64,000 bases of DNA from Camelus dromedarius (lineage: Eukaryota), in the NCBI RefSeq assembly GCF_036321535.1, contig NC_087452.1, positions 5,952,001 to 6,016,000 on the forward strand, read 5' to 3'. Below, in pieces: positions 1 to 28,160 of this stretch; position 1 is the stretch's first letter, and each line of letters opens with the position of its first letter. Made by a program: the position numbers and the translations under genes. A model generated the notes under the pieces. It was not told the origin of the DNA, made no database searches, and was given only the letters and a program-made list of their open reading frames with translations.

Positions 1-103
1 GCTAAAATCATTCTAGCTCATTCAACTTTATGTCACGGTCTTTAAGTTCCCAATTCCAGAGTACTACTGGCAAAAGCAAAAGTATCAGGAAGAAAATACA
101 TAC

Positions 104-1771
104 TTTGGGATAAGAAGGATGTTTCCTCAGAGTCTGAAAGAGCTTCTTTTGGAAAACGATTTGATCCACGGCTATGAGGAAAGAAGACTAGTTGGTCCCA
201 GAATCTTTAACCTCTTCCACCTTGGTTTTACTTTCCTAAGGACCTAAGTTCCTGTCTGATGAAACCAATAAAGATATTTCCAACCTAATTTCAAAGCCAA
301 ATCTTCTAAATCCACAGAAAACAGACTTAGCTTTTATAAAGAACAGCTACTAAGTGCTCTTGAAAAAACATACCATAATCTTAACTGGATGGAATAATCT
401 AGGCCCCCAAAGCAGGGCCTTAATAGTTTTATAAATTTTCTTCTGAAATTATTCTGACGCAGATCTAATTGCTTTCTGGGTATTAATTTATGTTTTCTTC
501 TGAAAATATAAAGTAATACTAATATGTAACATTTTTTCTTAAAAAAAAAAAAGATTAAAAAGTACTTTACTTAACATCCATTAATCAGGACCAAAGAGAG
601 TAACAATATTCTCTAAAAAGCCATTTCAATTTCATCCTTATCTCAAGACAGATGGTGCTCCTGTTTCTAATCTTCATTGCTTCTCTAGAAAATCCATGAT
701 TCTGTTCTGAGTCATTTCACTATACCCAGTGAAAAGATTTAGATTAAAATATTACCTAGTTGATTCTGACTCTCTCCTGTTTTAAGAGTAATTCCTGATG
801 TTTTAAGAAGCTTTACAAAGACACTGGCATTTTCTTCAACTTCATTATGAACGTAAGATTCCTTTGTCTTTTTGGAAAGTGGTTGCTTCCTGGCTTCTGA
901 AAATGGACAAAATTTTCAAGAATGTGACAAATAGTAAAGCAAAGATTAAAATGTAAACCCTAGAACAACAACCCTAAGAAGAAGGTTGATGGGTTCCAAA
1001 ACAATTATACCAGAACTGATGCTGTAGTGAAATTTTTATCTCTAACCATGATCAATAATGGCTTGCAAACAAAAAAATAAAACAATCAACAAACAAAATT
1101 ATTTTCATCTACTGAGTTTTCATTTGAAGAATTCGAAATGTGCCACTTCTAACAAGAATAATCCTGGAAATGCTCTCCAACCAAATTCTAAAGCAGTCAG
1201 GGTCTCTCAAGTGGTCTACAAACCACTGCTTTGGAATCACCGGGAAGCTTATTAAAAGAATATTCTTAAACAACGAGTTTATACTGTACAGCCCAGAGAA
1301 CTATATTCAATATCTTGTAATAACTTATGGTGAAAAGGAATATGAAAACAAATATACACATGTTCCTATATGACTGAAGCACTGTGCTGTACACCAGAAA
1401 TTGATATAACATTGTAAACTGACTATACTTCAATAAAAATATTTTTTAAAAAATAAATAAAAAAACAAAACAAAACAAAACAAAAGCATATTCTTAGGTC
1501 ATGTTCCCAGAGCTACAGAATCAAAATGTCAGGGATGGAGCATGGAAATCTGAATTTTTAACACACTCTCCAGGTAATAAACCTGATGCACACCAAAGTT
1601 TGAGAACCAATGATATGGATGCAGGGGTAGAAAGAAAGGGACAGGTTCTCCCATACCGTATCTTTAAGTACAAAACTCAGACTGATTTCATCCCAAGGCT
1701 TTCAACCCATGAGAAGTAATAAAACATAAGCAAACAGAGAGGAGGGTATAGCTCAATCCCCAGTACCTCCA

Positions 1772-1813
<42 letters not shown>

Positions 1814-2465
1814 AACAAAAACAAAAAGGTACTTAAAATTAAGTATGATTATCTACTCTTCTCCCATAATGATGCAACCAGTCAGAATGCCTTAACAGAG
1901 TAGATGAGTGTAATAAATGAAAAAATATCAACCCCTTCTCATGGGAACTCTTAGGACTTCTGTCAATCGCCCCATGCCCTTTCTTTGCCTGTGGTGTGCT
2001 TGCTTTGATATAATGCTTTCCCTTTATATATCACTAACACAGCATTTATTTACATTATATTTTTTTTAAGGGAGGATAGTGGGCCATAACATTTTTATAG
2101 GGTAGGGACTATGTCGTATCTTTGTGTCCCAGCACCTAAAGGATATACAATAGATAAGCTCTTATGTATGTAGATTCCTCTTACAGATGCGGACACAAAC
2201 TCAGAGACTACAGGCATGCCCAAAGTCATACATGCAATTAGAGGCAGAAATTTAATCCCAAATCTTCTGATATTAGATTCTATGTGCTCTATCCATTAAG
2301 CCTTGACGACTCCGAGCACATGAAAGAAGGATCTTTGTAGTCCGTTTAGTGCCTCACACAGTTGCCACAGGAAATAAAGCAACAAATGACTAGACACTTA
2401 CTGGAGGTATCTTCTGTCAGGCTCTCTTTATCCCCAGATCTTGACAGCCTTCTTTTGGAAGCCAT
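104..2465 (-). CDS. FANCD2: Fanconi anemia group D2 protein, N-terminal part only (coding exons 2-4; gene runs off the left edge)
   Basis: Exons (-): 2465-2402 (64 nt, ATG; [21 protein letters not shown]), 896-756 (141 nt; [47 protein letters not shown]), 171-104 (68 nt; [23 protein letters not shown]). Donors are GT; acceptors of exons 3 and 4 are AG. Peptides and exon sizes match the recalled mammalian FANCD2 N-terminus. Confidence 0.96.
1270..1484 (+). mobile_element. L1 3' tip (L1MA9-like) with A-rich/(AAAAC)n tail
   Basis: GAACTATATTCAATATCTTGTAATAAC...ATTGTAAACTGACTATACTTCAATAAAA; similar to the copies at 7410-7860 and 17900-18410. Confidence 0.75.
1490..1625. mobile_element. MER5-type hAT DNA transposon remnant
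   Basis: ...GGAAATCTGAATTTTTAACACACTCTCCAGGTAAT...CTGATGCACACCAAAGTTTGAGAACCA resembles the MER5A consensus. Confidence 0.6.
1741..1810 (+). mobile_element. Internally deleted camelid tRNA-derived SINE with A37 tail
   Basis: GGAGGGTATAGCTCA joined directly to ATCCCCAGTACCTCC, then 37 consecutive A (1774-1810). Confidence 0.8.
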
Positions 2466-4134
2466 TTTGACCAAAGTCTTCTTCAGTTAAATTACTTTCC
2501 AGAGCAAAATCAGAGAACAGAGGTTACCCTCCAGAAGCTAGATAAACTCTGAGAAGTTAAAGCTAAAGCTCAAAGTAAACTACTCGATCCAAAACCCAAG
2601 ACTTTACACAAATGCAACCTACATCTCGGCTCTGATAAAATTTCAACTCCTATATCTGGTCAATGTTCCCGTTTTCAAGACTCGTTTACCTAGTTGCCTC
2701 TTTAGCCAGACCACTTTTCTCTCGCTGAAGAATAAAACCCAGTTTTCTATTTAACCCAATCTACCATTCCTTTAACTCATTATCCAGTACTATATGTTAG
2801 GGACTGTGACAGGTGCTGGGGTTACAACTGTGAACCTCAGGGAATCTGCAATACGGTAAGCAGAAGTCTTGATGTAGTTATTTAATTAGTCTTATAAGTG
2901 CTATAAAAGTGCAGCATGCCATGAGGAAATTTAGTCCATCCAGTTGGGGGTGATGACGAAAAACAGGGATAATTTCTCAGGGATAATCTCTTTGAGAAAG
3001 TGATTTTTCAGCGGGGACTTGAGTGCTGAAATAGGAGTTATCCAGTAGAAGAGGTATGAGAAGAGGGGTCCAGGTAGAGAAAAAACCAACACTGAAACAA
3101 GGAGATTGTAGAGCTAGAAATAAGAAACAAGGCTGTAGAGGTAGGGGAGGGCATGAACCATAAAGGCTTCTAGCCTATTTTGTAAACTAGAACCTTTCTG
3201 GTCTCAGTGCTTTTGCAAAAGGTGTTCTTTTCACCTAAAATGCTCTTATCTTCCTGGAAACAACTCCTCCTCCTTAAAGACGCAGTACATGTCATCTTCT
3301 TTGAAAAATGTTCCTTCTGTCCCCAAGGGAGTCTGCTACTCCAGCTTCCCTGCTCCAGAGTATATTTACGACCCCTACCTCACACGAGACCGGGGGCATC
3401 TTGATAGCAGGAACCTAGTGTCATTTATCTAGGTATCCCTAGTACCTAGCGCAGTACTTGGCATAAAAAACTTTGAGAATATTCATTAGATGAGAACGGC
3501 TGGCAGGCAGGTAAACACTAACAGCTAACAAAAACTGCTTTAAGTGCTTTATATTTAACACTTCATTTATTTCTCACAAAACGATTTGAGGTAGTTGACC
3601 ATTATTATTCTCACACTGAGTGGCAGAGCTGGGATTCCAATTTAGCAACCCGGCTCCAGAATCTGCCTCTTAACTACCACCCATACTTACTCTTGATTAT
3701 AATAATGGTTTCCAATAATAGTCAAACTTTACTATGTACCAAGCACCACGCTAAGCGTTTTCTTTATCCACTGCCTCGTTTACCACTTAAAACCATTACC
3801 AGCTCTTCGGCTGATGGGAAAACTTAGGCAAGTAGGTCCGTCTGATTTCGACGCACACGCCCTTAACACGTGCTAATCGGTATCGCTTCCAGAAAAGCCT
3901 GAAAGCAGGGGCGATGGGGCCAACTGCCCGGACCAGGTCCTCCAGGAAGGGGGTGGAGGGTAAAGGCCCTTCACATTTCGTCATTTTACCGACGCAGGGA
4001 GGTACCTGAAGGGATTATCCCACGATAAGACTGACGATGGAGCCCCAGAGGGAAAGGCCAGGCTCGGCTGGGGCCTAGAGACCAGGCCGACAGGGCGCGG
4101 GGCCTCGAAAAACGACGACCGCTGCCTCACTCAC

Positions 4135-18778
<14,644 letters not shown>

Positions 18779-19030
18779 AGACCAAGCAGGGATCACCTGT
18801 GTCGGGAACTCCAAGAAGCGCTTAACCTTGTGACTTTGGTTTGAGCTGGAGCCGCTGGGAATGAAAAGGCGGGTGCACGAGCTGGCGGGTGTGCAGCAAG
18901 GATTGTTCTTATCTGAGCCGGGTTCCCCTTTATGTGTGAAACTAGAGGAAATATAAAGAGTATGTGCTGGGTGACTTGCCCAGAAACAGCTGTTTTCAAA
19001 ATGTTTTAAATTTTCCTTCTGGTGACTAGT

Positions 19031-19036
19031 AATAAA
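19031..19036 (+). terminator. Probable EMC3 polyadenylation signal AATAAA
   Basis: AATAAA about 250 nt after the stop codon at 18778. Confidence 0.6.
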
Positions 19037-20934
19037 AGTCAGAGAGGGGGGCAAACTCAAGCTAGTGATAATATGTAAAACTTAGCAAGAATTCAGTCTT
19101 TGGAAAAAAACATTGTCAAGTAAACCTAATTATTACCTAGTCATTCTGCCTTCTAACCACAGTAAACTCCTGTTTCCTTGTGTTCCAAACACCCCTCATT
19201 TTACTTTTGATTTTTTGTTAGTATTTTTATAACTTTCCTCACACAGATACCACATTTTCATTACCGAAAATTTAGGAATGGTGGGTGAGCAAAATGGAGC
19301 TCCCTTAGTTGTTCATTTTGCGCCTGCAGAACGACAGGAAGAGCAAATCTGTCAAAACCTTATCAGACAGACTCTTTTTCAGAGTGAATACTCTGGGCCA
19401 GGACAGACTTAGCAAACCTTTCTGAACACTGTCCAGTGAAAATCAGTAACCCTGAGACACTGCCAGGTGACACTGCCAGATTCTCAAGTGCCTTTGGGAT
19501 CCTCAGAGACTTCAAAGGTTAAGTAATGGGAGGTCCTGAACTGGAGTTCAGAATATATCAAATCCACTGACCAACCAGTGGTGCTGTACTGTGTATGGCT
19601 ACACCCAAGTCCCAGTTATTCTGGATAAGAGAGAGCTTACATACCCTAAGAAGGGAGAGGGTGATTGCTGGCAGACACTTACTTAAGGGTTGCCCAGGAA
19701 TGATTCTGTCTGGATTAACCGTCCCAGGGAAGTGGCAGAGATCCGTCTCTTACCAAGAGGTAATTTTGCATGTTGAACACTGTAATCAAGAACAAACTCT
19801 ACAGATTAAACCATCCTGTTTTCTCTTCTTAGCCTGTAAAAATGTTGCCTCTCTGGGTCACTAACAGCCTGCTGCCAACAGTTAAGTGTCTATCGTGGAC
19901 CAGTGCTGGAGAGTCTGAGATGGGAAAGATGTGACCCTTGCCCTCAGGAACTCATAAGGGGGACAGATAAGAAATTGGTGGTTCTTAGTTGCTCGCTGGG
20001 TCGCGGGGCCTCAGAGAATCTGGTAGAAGCTCTGACCCTCCCCTCGAGAGTAATGCACAGACACAGATCTCTCAGGTCACCCCAGAAGCATTGATAGATG
20101 CCCCCAAAGCCTATCACAGTGACCCATGGGCCCAAGGTAAGAAATGCTGGTATTTAAAATAGCTGCTGAAACAAAAGTATTAAAGGAGCAAGGGTTCACA
20201 GGAGAGCTGGCCTTTGACCTGGGCCTCGAAAGTGCTCTGCAGTGTAGAAGGGCATCCCAAGCAGAGGGAACAAAACCAACAAAGTCCTACAGATTAAAAT
20301 GCCTACAATTCATTGCCCCCGATGAAGCAGAGCGTGATACCTTGTATACAGAAAGGTCCAGGCCAGGCAGGATGGAAACAGTAGCTGGTACCTGCTGATG
20401 TCACCCTCCTTCCTGCAAGGCATCCTCAGCGTCTCAGTCCGCCTCTTCGCCCACACAGTTTGTCCTCTTCACTGTGGCAAAGTTGTGTGGGTAAAATGTG
20501 TAAGACTTCTGACCCATCACAGTGGTAAATACATGTCCTTCACATCAGCAAGTTAAAGGGTAAAGCCAAGTCTGTCTTCGCAGGCTTTTCCCAGAACCAG
20601 CACACAAGTTGAGGGGAGCCGTGCTTACTATGTGTGCTTCTTGGAGTTCGGTGTGCACCAAACTGCTAAATGAGTGTTTTATCTTTTCCACCAACCTGGA
20701 CTTAGCACCTGAAACCACTCACTGCTTGTGGTCCGGAAGGTGCCTGGCGTGGACGGCTAAATACTGACACTCAACTGCACGACACAACTCAGAAATAATG
20801 ACGACTAAGATTTGAGGACAGTAGGTAAACCTGTACTTAAGAGGCAAAAGTCGGCGTGGTTCCCATGTTTGGTCTGTAAGGAGTGGGAAGGGCACGGGTG
20901 TGTGTGAAAGACTCAGATTACTAACCACGTGGGG

Positions 20935-21380
20935 AATATCGCAGTTGCGAGTGACGGGAACAGAACTCAACCTGGCTTAAGCAACTTTCTAAAAAATGAA
21001 TGTAAATTGGCTCAATAACTAAAATGTCCTGTGGTCTGGTGGCTTCAGGTACACCTGGACCCAGGGCCTCAAAGGATGTCATCAGGGCTCAGTGGCTTCC
21101 TCAAGTCTGCTTTTTTCTACTCTCAAGCAGTTTGTCTTCTCACAGAGACACCAATTTAGTAACCCCAGTGAAAAGCACCCCTTTCTGGAAAAATTCCAGT
21201 AAAAGTCAGGATAATTGACCTGATTTGGGTCTTGTGCAAATTCCAGGAAATGTTTAGCCCCACCTGGACTGCAAGGACTGAAGGTGGGGCTGGGGTGATT
21301 CCCTAAAGGAAAACGGGGATGCCGTCGTCCTGGTGGGTTCCAGGAATAAAAATCAATCATGTTCTATGCTTTAATCACCC
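20935..21380 (-). mobile_element. MaLR solo LTR (MLT1 family), diverged
   Basis: GTTGCGAGTGACGGGAACAGAACTCAACCTGGCTTAAGC...GGCTCAATAACTAAAATGTCC...GGCTTCAGGTACACCTGGACCCAGGG resembles antisense MLT1 consensus. Confidence 0.55.
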
Positions 21381-22254
21381 AAACTGAGTGGAATGTTCCC
21401 AAAAGGAGGTACTGCCCTGTCCTAGTAGGACATGAAGTCTGCAAATATTTCCTGGATTTCTACAGTCTGCCCAGGGCCATGCTAGGTATTTTCAGATCTT
21501 TCTACTGGCTCAAAAGGACATTCATTGACCATCTGCCAGACTCTGTGCATGTGAGCAAGACCTTAAAAGCTCAGACTGTGTGTCACATGTTGTGGCAGGG
21601 ACGATCCTACGGAGGCTGTGGGAATGTCCTGTAGGTCCTCCAACCAGCCTGGGAGGTCAGGAGACGCGTTCCAGCAGAAGGACTCAACCCATCTCAAGAC
21701 CAGTTATAAGGAAATATATACAGAGCTAGGGAAATAGAAGGAAAGATTATCCCAGGAAGAGGGGACAGCATATGCAAGGTCCCAAAAGCGGGGGCTGTCT
21801 TCATGAAACCAGAACAAGACCTGCATGATCCGCAAGTGCAGAGAATAAAAAGGTGTGATGAGCACTGGGCTACTTTAAGTGAGTGAACAGCATGGTGTGT
21901 GAAGTATAGTTCAACAAAGCTGCTTAAAAAAAAGACATGAGGCAGAAGCAGGGCCAGATGGCAGAGAGTTTGTCAGTCACCCTGCAGATGTGAATGTGAT
22001 CGTGATCCTGATGTGGCTTTGGGAGCCTTCGGGAGGGACTGATGGAAGGGATTTGCTGCTGGGCAGGGAGAGGGATGGGGTGGAAGTGGGTGTGGAGAGT
22101 TAGGGTGAGAGTCAAACGGCAGTGAGGTCGGAGCGGGGTGGAGTTGAGGCCTTGATATGACCAGCTCCTGCCCTCTTGCTCTGACTCAGTGTGTGGCTTT
22201 GCATAAGACACTTCCCTCTCTGGGCCCCAGTCTCCCCATCTGCCAGAAGGAGAT

Positions 22255-22855
22255 CATCTGGTGCAGCCTCTTTGGAAAACAGTCTGGCAGTTCCTCAGAA
22301 AGTTAAATGAAGTTTCCATATAACCCAGCATTTCCACTCCTGCATAGATATCTCAAGAGAGCCGAGAACCTGTCCGCACAAAAACTGGTGCATGATTGTT
22401 CACTTTTTCATAATAGCCACCAAGTGGAAGCAACCCAAATGTCCATCAACTGAAGAATGGATATATAATATGGTACATCCATACAAGGGAATAGTATTCA
22501 GTAATTAAAAAGAATGAGGTTCTGATATAATGGATGATATGATGAGCTGTGAAACACACTAATGAAGAAGCCAATCACAAAAGATCACATGTACGATCCT
22601 GTTTTTTTGTGAACTGTCCAGAACAGGCAAGTCCATAGGGTTAAAAGATAGATTAGTGGTTGCCAGGGCTTGAGGGGAGCAAAGTAGGGAGTACAGGCTA
22701 CTGGGTACAGGTTTCTTTTTGGGGTAATAAAAATGTTCTAAAATTATGGTCATAGTTGCACAAACTTCTTGAATATACTAAAAACCACTGAATAGTACAC
22801 CTCAAATAGGTGAATTTTAAGGTATGTGAATTACATCTCATTTTAAAACTGTTAA
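22255..22855 (+). mobile_element. L1MB-like 3' end
   Basis: GGTGCAGCCTCTTTGGAAAACAGTCTGGCAGTTCCTCAG...TTAGTGGTTGCCAGGGCTTGAGGG...GAATTACATCTCA. Confidence 0.8.
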
Positions 22856-23289
22856 GGGGGAAAGGAGATCATAAGCCCTTGGCAGCTGATATCAAGATCT
22901 CTCATGGTCATGGCTACAAGAGGCCCTTGTAGACTGTTCAGCCTGCAGAAGGAGGGCATCAAGGAGACATCTGTGACGGCAGGTGCAGAGGGGTGTCAGG
23001 GGTCCACCCGCCAGCATGTCCCTGAGTGACTCACGTACTCTGATCCCCCAGTTCTGCCACCCCTCCTGCTGACCCTGCTCTCACTCTGGTCCCACCTCCC
23101 TGTCTCCCAGGCTCTGGGGCAGCCTGGGAAGATCAGCGGGGCCCAAAAACCTGATTTCTGTATCCGGGCGCCTCCAAAATGAGTGAGTATCCGATACGTA
23201 AAATGTTTTATTTCTGCAGTCAGCTCACAAAATGCACAGCCAGCTCTGTGCAACTTTTCTTTTCTCCCATTTCTTTAGGAATTTCGTTT

Positions 23290-23760
23290 TCAGTTAAATT
23301 TTTTTATTATGGAAAATTTCAACCACACACAAGAGTGGAGAGGCGAGCATAAAGATGTACCCAGCTCCCTGCATTGATAATAAATAATTATCTCATACAT
23401 CTTCCAAACCTACTTTTTTTCTGGAACGTTTTCAAAGTAAATCTCAGATACAGTATCATTTCACGCATAAATATTTTAGTAAATAGCTCTAACAGATAAG
23501 GAATTTATAAAAGATAATCCACAATGCCATTATTCCCCTAGTCCAGACATGTTTATTGTTTAGTATATTCAAAGGTCCGATCCATGTTCAAATTACCCCA
23601 ATTATCTTAAACTGCCTTTGTACAGTTGGTTTGTTTGAATGAGGATCTCAACAAGGCCCCCACATGACATGTGACTGCCATGTCTCTGAAGTCTTTTTTA
23701 TAACAATTTCTCCTCCTGTTTTTTTTCCAAGCCATTTATTTATTGAAGATAATTTGTATC
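23290..23760 (-). mobile_element. L1MC-like 3'UTR fragment
   Basis: TTTTTATTATGGAAAATTTCAA...TTTCAAAGTAAATCTCAGATAC...GTTGGTTTGTTTGAATGAGGATC is typical of antisense L1MC4/5. Confidence 0.55.
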
Positions 23761-23839
23761 TTAAGACTTAAGAGACATAGTGTGTATTTATTGTAGAATT
23801 CTGTGAGTCTTTTTGAAAATATTCTTATCTGGATGGGAA

Positions 23840-24330
23840 ACCAAACCATCAGATTGTTTTTCACTTCAAGGAAAGATTAAGAGGAATGAATTAGTGACGG
23901 ATGCATAGAAAATTAAACAACAACAATAAAAAAAAAAAATCAAGCAACACTTACCCCAGGGAAAACAGAACGTCTAGCAAAGGAAATACAATCACAGTAC
24001 ACTCCTGACTGAGCTGGAGTAATCTGTTTCATAGTTCCAGCACAGTAAATGCAGAATGATTATGTAAACAAAAGCAGCACAGAAAAATGTGGAAGGTGAG
24101 TGACTTAAGAGCTAAATCTTCACGTTCCTTTGTAGTAGTCAATAGGGAAAATCTGAAACTGAAAAAATGAAAAATTAACATCAGCAATGTAAGTCTGATG
24201 CTTAGAAAACAGATATAAAAACCAGAAGAAATAATCAGAAATACCAGACGAAGTTGAAAGGAATTGGGAGAGAGAGGGAATGGAATAAGGAACAGTTGAT
24301 TTGATGTTAGGTACCAGATTTTCAGACTTA
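23840..24330 (+). mobile_element. L1MC/MD-like 3'UTR fragment
   Basis: CAAAGGAAATACAATCACAGTACACTCCTGACTGAGC...AAATGCAGAATGATT. Confidence 0.5.
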
Positions 24331-25789
24331 TTCACACACACACACACACAATTCGTCTTTTCAAAAAAAGATTAGGTTCACTTAACTGGTATCTCTGGAG
24401 GCTAAAATCTGAGAAAGAATGAGTCAAGCCTCCAGGAACCCTTGAGGCCCAATTTGGCCAGTTCAGTGGAGGAGTCTAACTGTGTATGCACTCAGAGTTA
24501 GGGCAGTGAGCAGAGCACAGAGAAGGTTCGCCTGGCCCAGCCATCTCCCCCCTGTTCCGCCTTTTGTTTCTCTGCTCACGCCTGCCAGAGATCTCAGTTG
24601 GAGGCCTATTTTCAGACTCAAACTCCTAACATAGCAGGGGCTACCTGGAAGGCCTGGGGTTTTCATCTCCCTCTACCCCTCTCTGAGATTCTTCCAGAGG
24701 GGTGAGGTGGTGTCGTTGCTGTTAAGAGCACTGGCTCTTACAGCTTGTCTTCTTGTTTGCTGTGTGACCTTGAACAAATTACTTAACCTCTCTGAGCTTG
24801 AGCATGCTGGCTATAAAATGGAGAGCAAAATAATACACAGAACTGCTGTGAGGACTTAAAAAGAATAACTCGTGTAAGGTGTGTAGCATAGCTCCTGGCA
24901 GACTAAGCACTTGGTAAATGGAACTGCTGGCCACACCCCATATGCCTGGAGTCACCCCCCTACTCATCCTCGCTGTCCCAGAGTCTCCAGGATGATGCTA
25001 GGAGCTCCTTTTAGAGCCAGGATACTCTTCACCTATACCTGCCACTCCACGTTCCCCACTTACATTCACCTCCACCCCCAGCCATTCTCCTATTTCCATT
25101 GGATCAGCTTTCATCTTGGCCTCTGGACAAAGGGATCATAATCTCTCTTGCCTTTGTCTGGAATCTCAAAACCCATACCAGTCCGTGCTTTGGAGACACA
25201 ATGGGATTGGAGCTCCTGGCTCCAAAGAGGGCAGCCAGGGAGAAGCCAGATGATCCTGAGTGAACTGAAGGGCTTGGGTGCTGTCAGGCCAGTGAGACTC
25301 TGCAGGGGCATGGATGAGTGGTCCCAGCACACACACCCTGCCCTCCTCAGGGGAACTGCCCAAGGGAACCTAACCAGCTCCCAGCCTGCAGAGAGATCTA
25401 GGCATCTCCAAAGGAGACTCATCAGACAGTTCAGAGGAGGCTCTAAGAGGAGGGACCTGGACCCCTCAACTTCTGTAGTGGGCCCCCAGAACTGCCCTCC
25501 CACCATGACTGCCCACAGGGGAAAAGTGTAGGTCCTTCAAAGGAAATTAAGACATTGTCAGGAAGAGGGATGTTGGACAATACTAAAAATGCCAATTATC
25601 TATTATATAGAGAACCAGGATCCAGGTAACTTCCCACAAGATCAGAACAACTGGCTAGACTTAACAAGATAAAATAAGCAACAAACAAATGTGGAATCCT
25701 ACAGTGAGGCTCAAGAAACCAACATCACTCAAAGAGATGGGGAAGACCCAGTTGGGCAATAAAGTGATGTGGCTGACAGAAACATGACT

Positions 25790-26290
25790 TCAGTGTGAGG
25801 TCATATTAATAGAGGAGTGGGATCTGGAAAGGGGAGGTGAAAGTTCAGCCTTATTCTCAACTAGGTGCAGTTCCAAGAGTCCCACTTTAAAGAGAACATT
25901 GTTGACCTGGTAAAAATCAAAGAAAGGAGAGATGTCACAATGGTGAGAACCCAGAATCCTGTCCTTCAAGGAAAGGCTAAAAGAACTGGGAACATTTGAT
26001 CTAGAGGGAGAAAATTCTAGAGAAATGAGATGCCTGTACAATCCTGAAGGGGTTCCCACAAGAAAAAAAGTAAAGCTGGTCAGATGACATGGTGAAATGG
26101 AAAAAGCCTGAATTTCTCCCAGTCTTAGAAAAGCTAAATTCAGGCTCCACCATTTACCAGCTACGAGGGACTGAACACCCTTCAAACTGGAACATGTCAG
26201 ACACAACTAAGGGCTGAATATTGGTTTTCTGTGAGAGCCAGAGGTGGGAAAACACTGGGAGGGAGATTTCAGCTCAATTCTAGGCAGGAT
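25790..26290 (+). mobile_element. L3/CR1 LINE 3' fragment
   Basis: CCCACTTTAAAGAGAACATTGTTGACCTGG...GGAAAGGCTAAAAGAACTGGGAACATTTGATCTAGAG...GAGGGAGATTTCAGCTCAAT follows the L3 RT-end consensus. Confidence 0.65.
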
Positions 26291-27789
26291 TTTCTTTCTT
26301 TTTAAAATAATATTTGTCATTCTTATCTCTAATCACAAAAGAAATACATGGTAGTATAAAATATTGGTAAACAGAAAAGCAAAATTAGATAAAGATCACA
26401 TCAACCACTATTTACCTTCTAATATTTAAGGATAAGACAGATAGATAGACAGACAGATACTAACAAAAATGGGATCATACAAATAATTATCTGAGAGAAT
26501 TTAGAATATCAGCAAGTAAAAATGCATATATCAGTATGTAAAGATATTTATTGCAGTACTGTTTCTAGGGAAAATTAAAGGCTAAAAAAAGGCTGTCAAC
26601 CACCTGATTACTCATTGGTAGGGGAATGTTGGGAGGGTTTGAGAAACTGATAGAACACCCACATCATGCAATACTGTGCAGCTGGTTGAAAGAAAGGGTG
26701 GGGCTAGTACGCATAGCCTTAAAAATGTTTCCAACATATGTCTGCGTAAGGCAAAACAAAGTTACGGAATATTAGGCACAGTATGATCCCATTTTGTAAA
26801 ATGCATGCACATATATATTTTTATAGGATGCAAAGGAAACAGTATTAAAAGAGGGTACATCTGGGTTGCAGAGTCAGAGAGGCCAAGGATAAGACAGTTC
26901 ACGTGTGCTTTGAATACTTCCATGTTGCTTGAATTGGGACAATCCATTTATATTATTTTTATAATTCAAATGAGTGAAATTTAAATAAACAATCTACACT
27001 GAACATGTCTCCGTGCCAATAAAGATTTTACATTCTATTTAATAACCAAATGTATTCCTAGTGGGCATTTCTCTTAATGCATTGAAATGAATGGGGGATA
27101 TTTAGTACATCGGGAGCTGTCCAAAGAGGGAGCAGGAGCATTTTGACAGACACACCCAAAAATGTGCAGACCCAGAGTCCTAACCGTGCCTCAGGTAGGA
27201 GATTATCTGAAAGGTACACTAGTGCATGTGCACAACAAATGTCTAGGCAGGAATGTCCCTGCTTCATTATTCCTGCTAGCAAAAGGCTAGGAACAACATA
27301 CATGTCCCAGCCCGGGAACTGGATAAATAAAAATGTCAGGCTGACCATATGCGGCAGTCTCCAATAGTGAATGCAAGAAATGAGATGGATCTGTAGAAAC
27401 ATACATGGAAAGTGTGCAGGATATACTGCAAAGTGAAGGGGGAAAAGGCAAGTTACAATATGAGCAATATGTAGTGTGATCTCATTTCCATTTAAAATAT
27501 ACATGTGACTGTGCCTTGAAAAAACTGAAGGATACACGTCAAGCTGTAGGTTGGGTTAACCTGTAGATCGTATGTAGCCTGTATGTATCCCTATAAGGAG
27601 ATAGGTCTAGAGATGCAAAGGAAGTGAGCTCGCCATCCCAGGAGGCGTCCCAGAGACTGGCTGCCCCTTTGCAGGGATGCTGCGGAAGTGATTTCCACAT
27701 CGCTTGGAGGTGACCTCGGTCCTCTTCTTGGCCCTGAGAATCTGAGAGAGGAGAGGTCAGGACTGGGAGAAAAATCCACCCCTAAGGGG

Positions 27790-28160
27790 AAAGGGTTAAC
27801 CGGGGATGGCGCTCCTGTGGGCGGGCTCCGGGATCGCGATCGGCAGCGCCGGGCTCTGTTAGCCAAGTCTGAGCATCTCGGAGGATGCGGCGCGGCGAGC
27901 GGCCTCAGGGACGCGCGCAAGGTGAACGTGGGGGCTGCCTGCCGGCGCGGAGCCCAGGTGAGGAGCTGGACTAGGGAGGAGGCGATGGCGGGGTCCCAGG
28001 CAGGGGGCATGGCCTGCAGCCCCCCTCTCAGGCGCGAGCTGCTGGGCCTGCACGAGCGCCCACCCCCACCGGGGACACTGCGGGAAGGCGCGGAGCCAGG
28101 GGAGGGATGGAGAAGGAGAGGTAACCTGAGATGGACCAGCTCCTGGAGGCTGCCTTGCGG
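27790..28160 (+). promoter_or_regulatory. PRRT3 CpG-island promoter and probable non-coding exon 1
   Basis: CpG-dense segment ~2.7 kb upstream of the PRRT3 ATG. Strong donor CCCAG|GTGAGG after 27957; ETS-like GCGGAAGTG near 27680. Confidence 0.65.
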
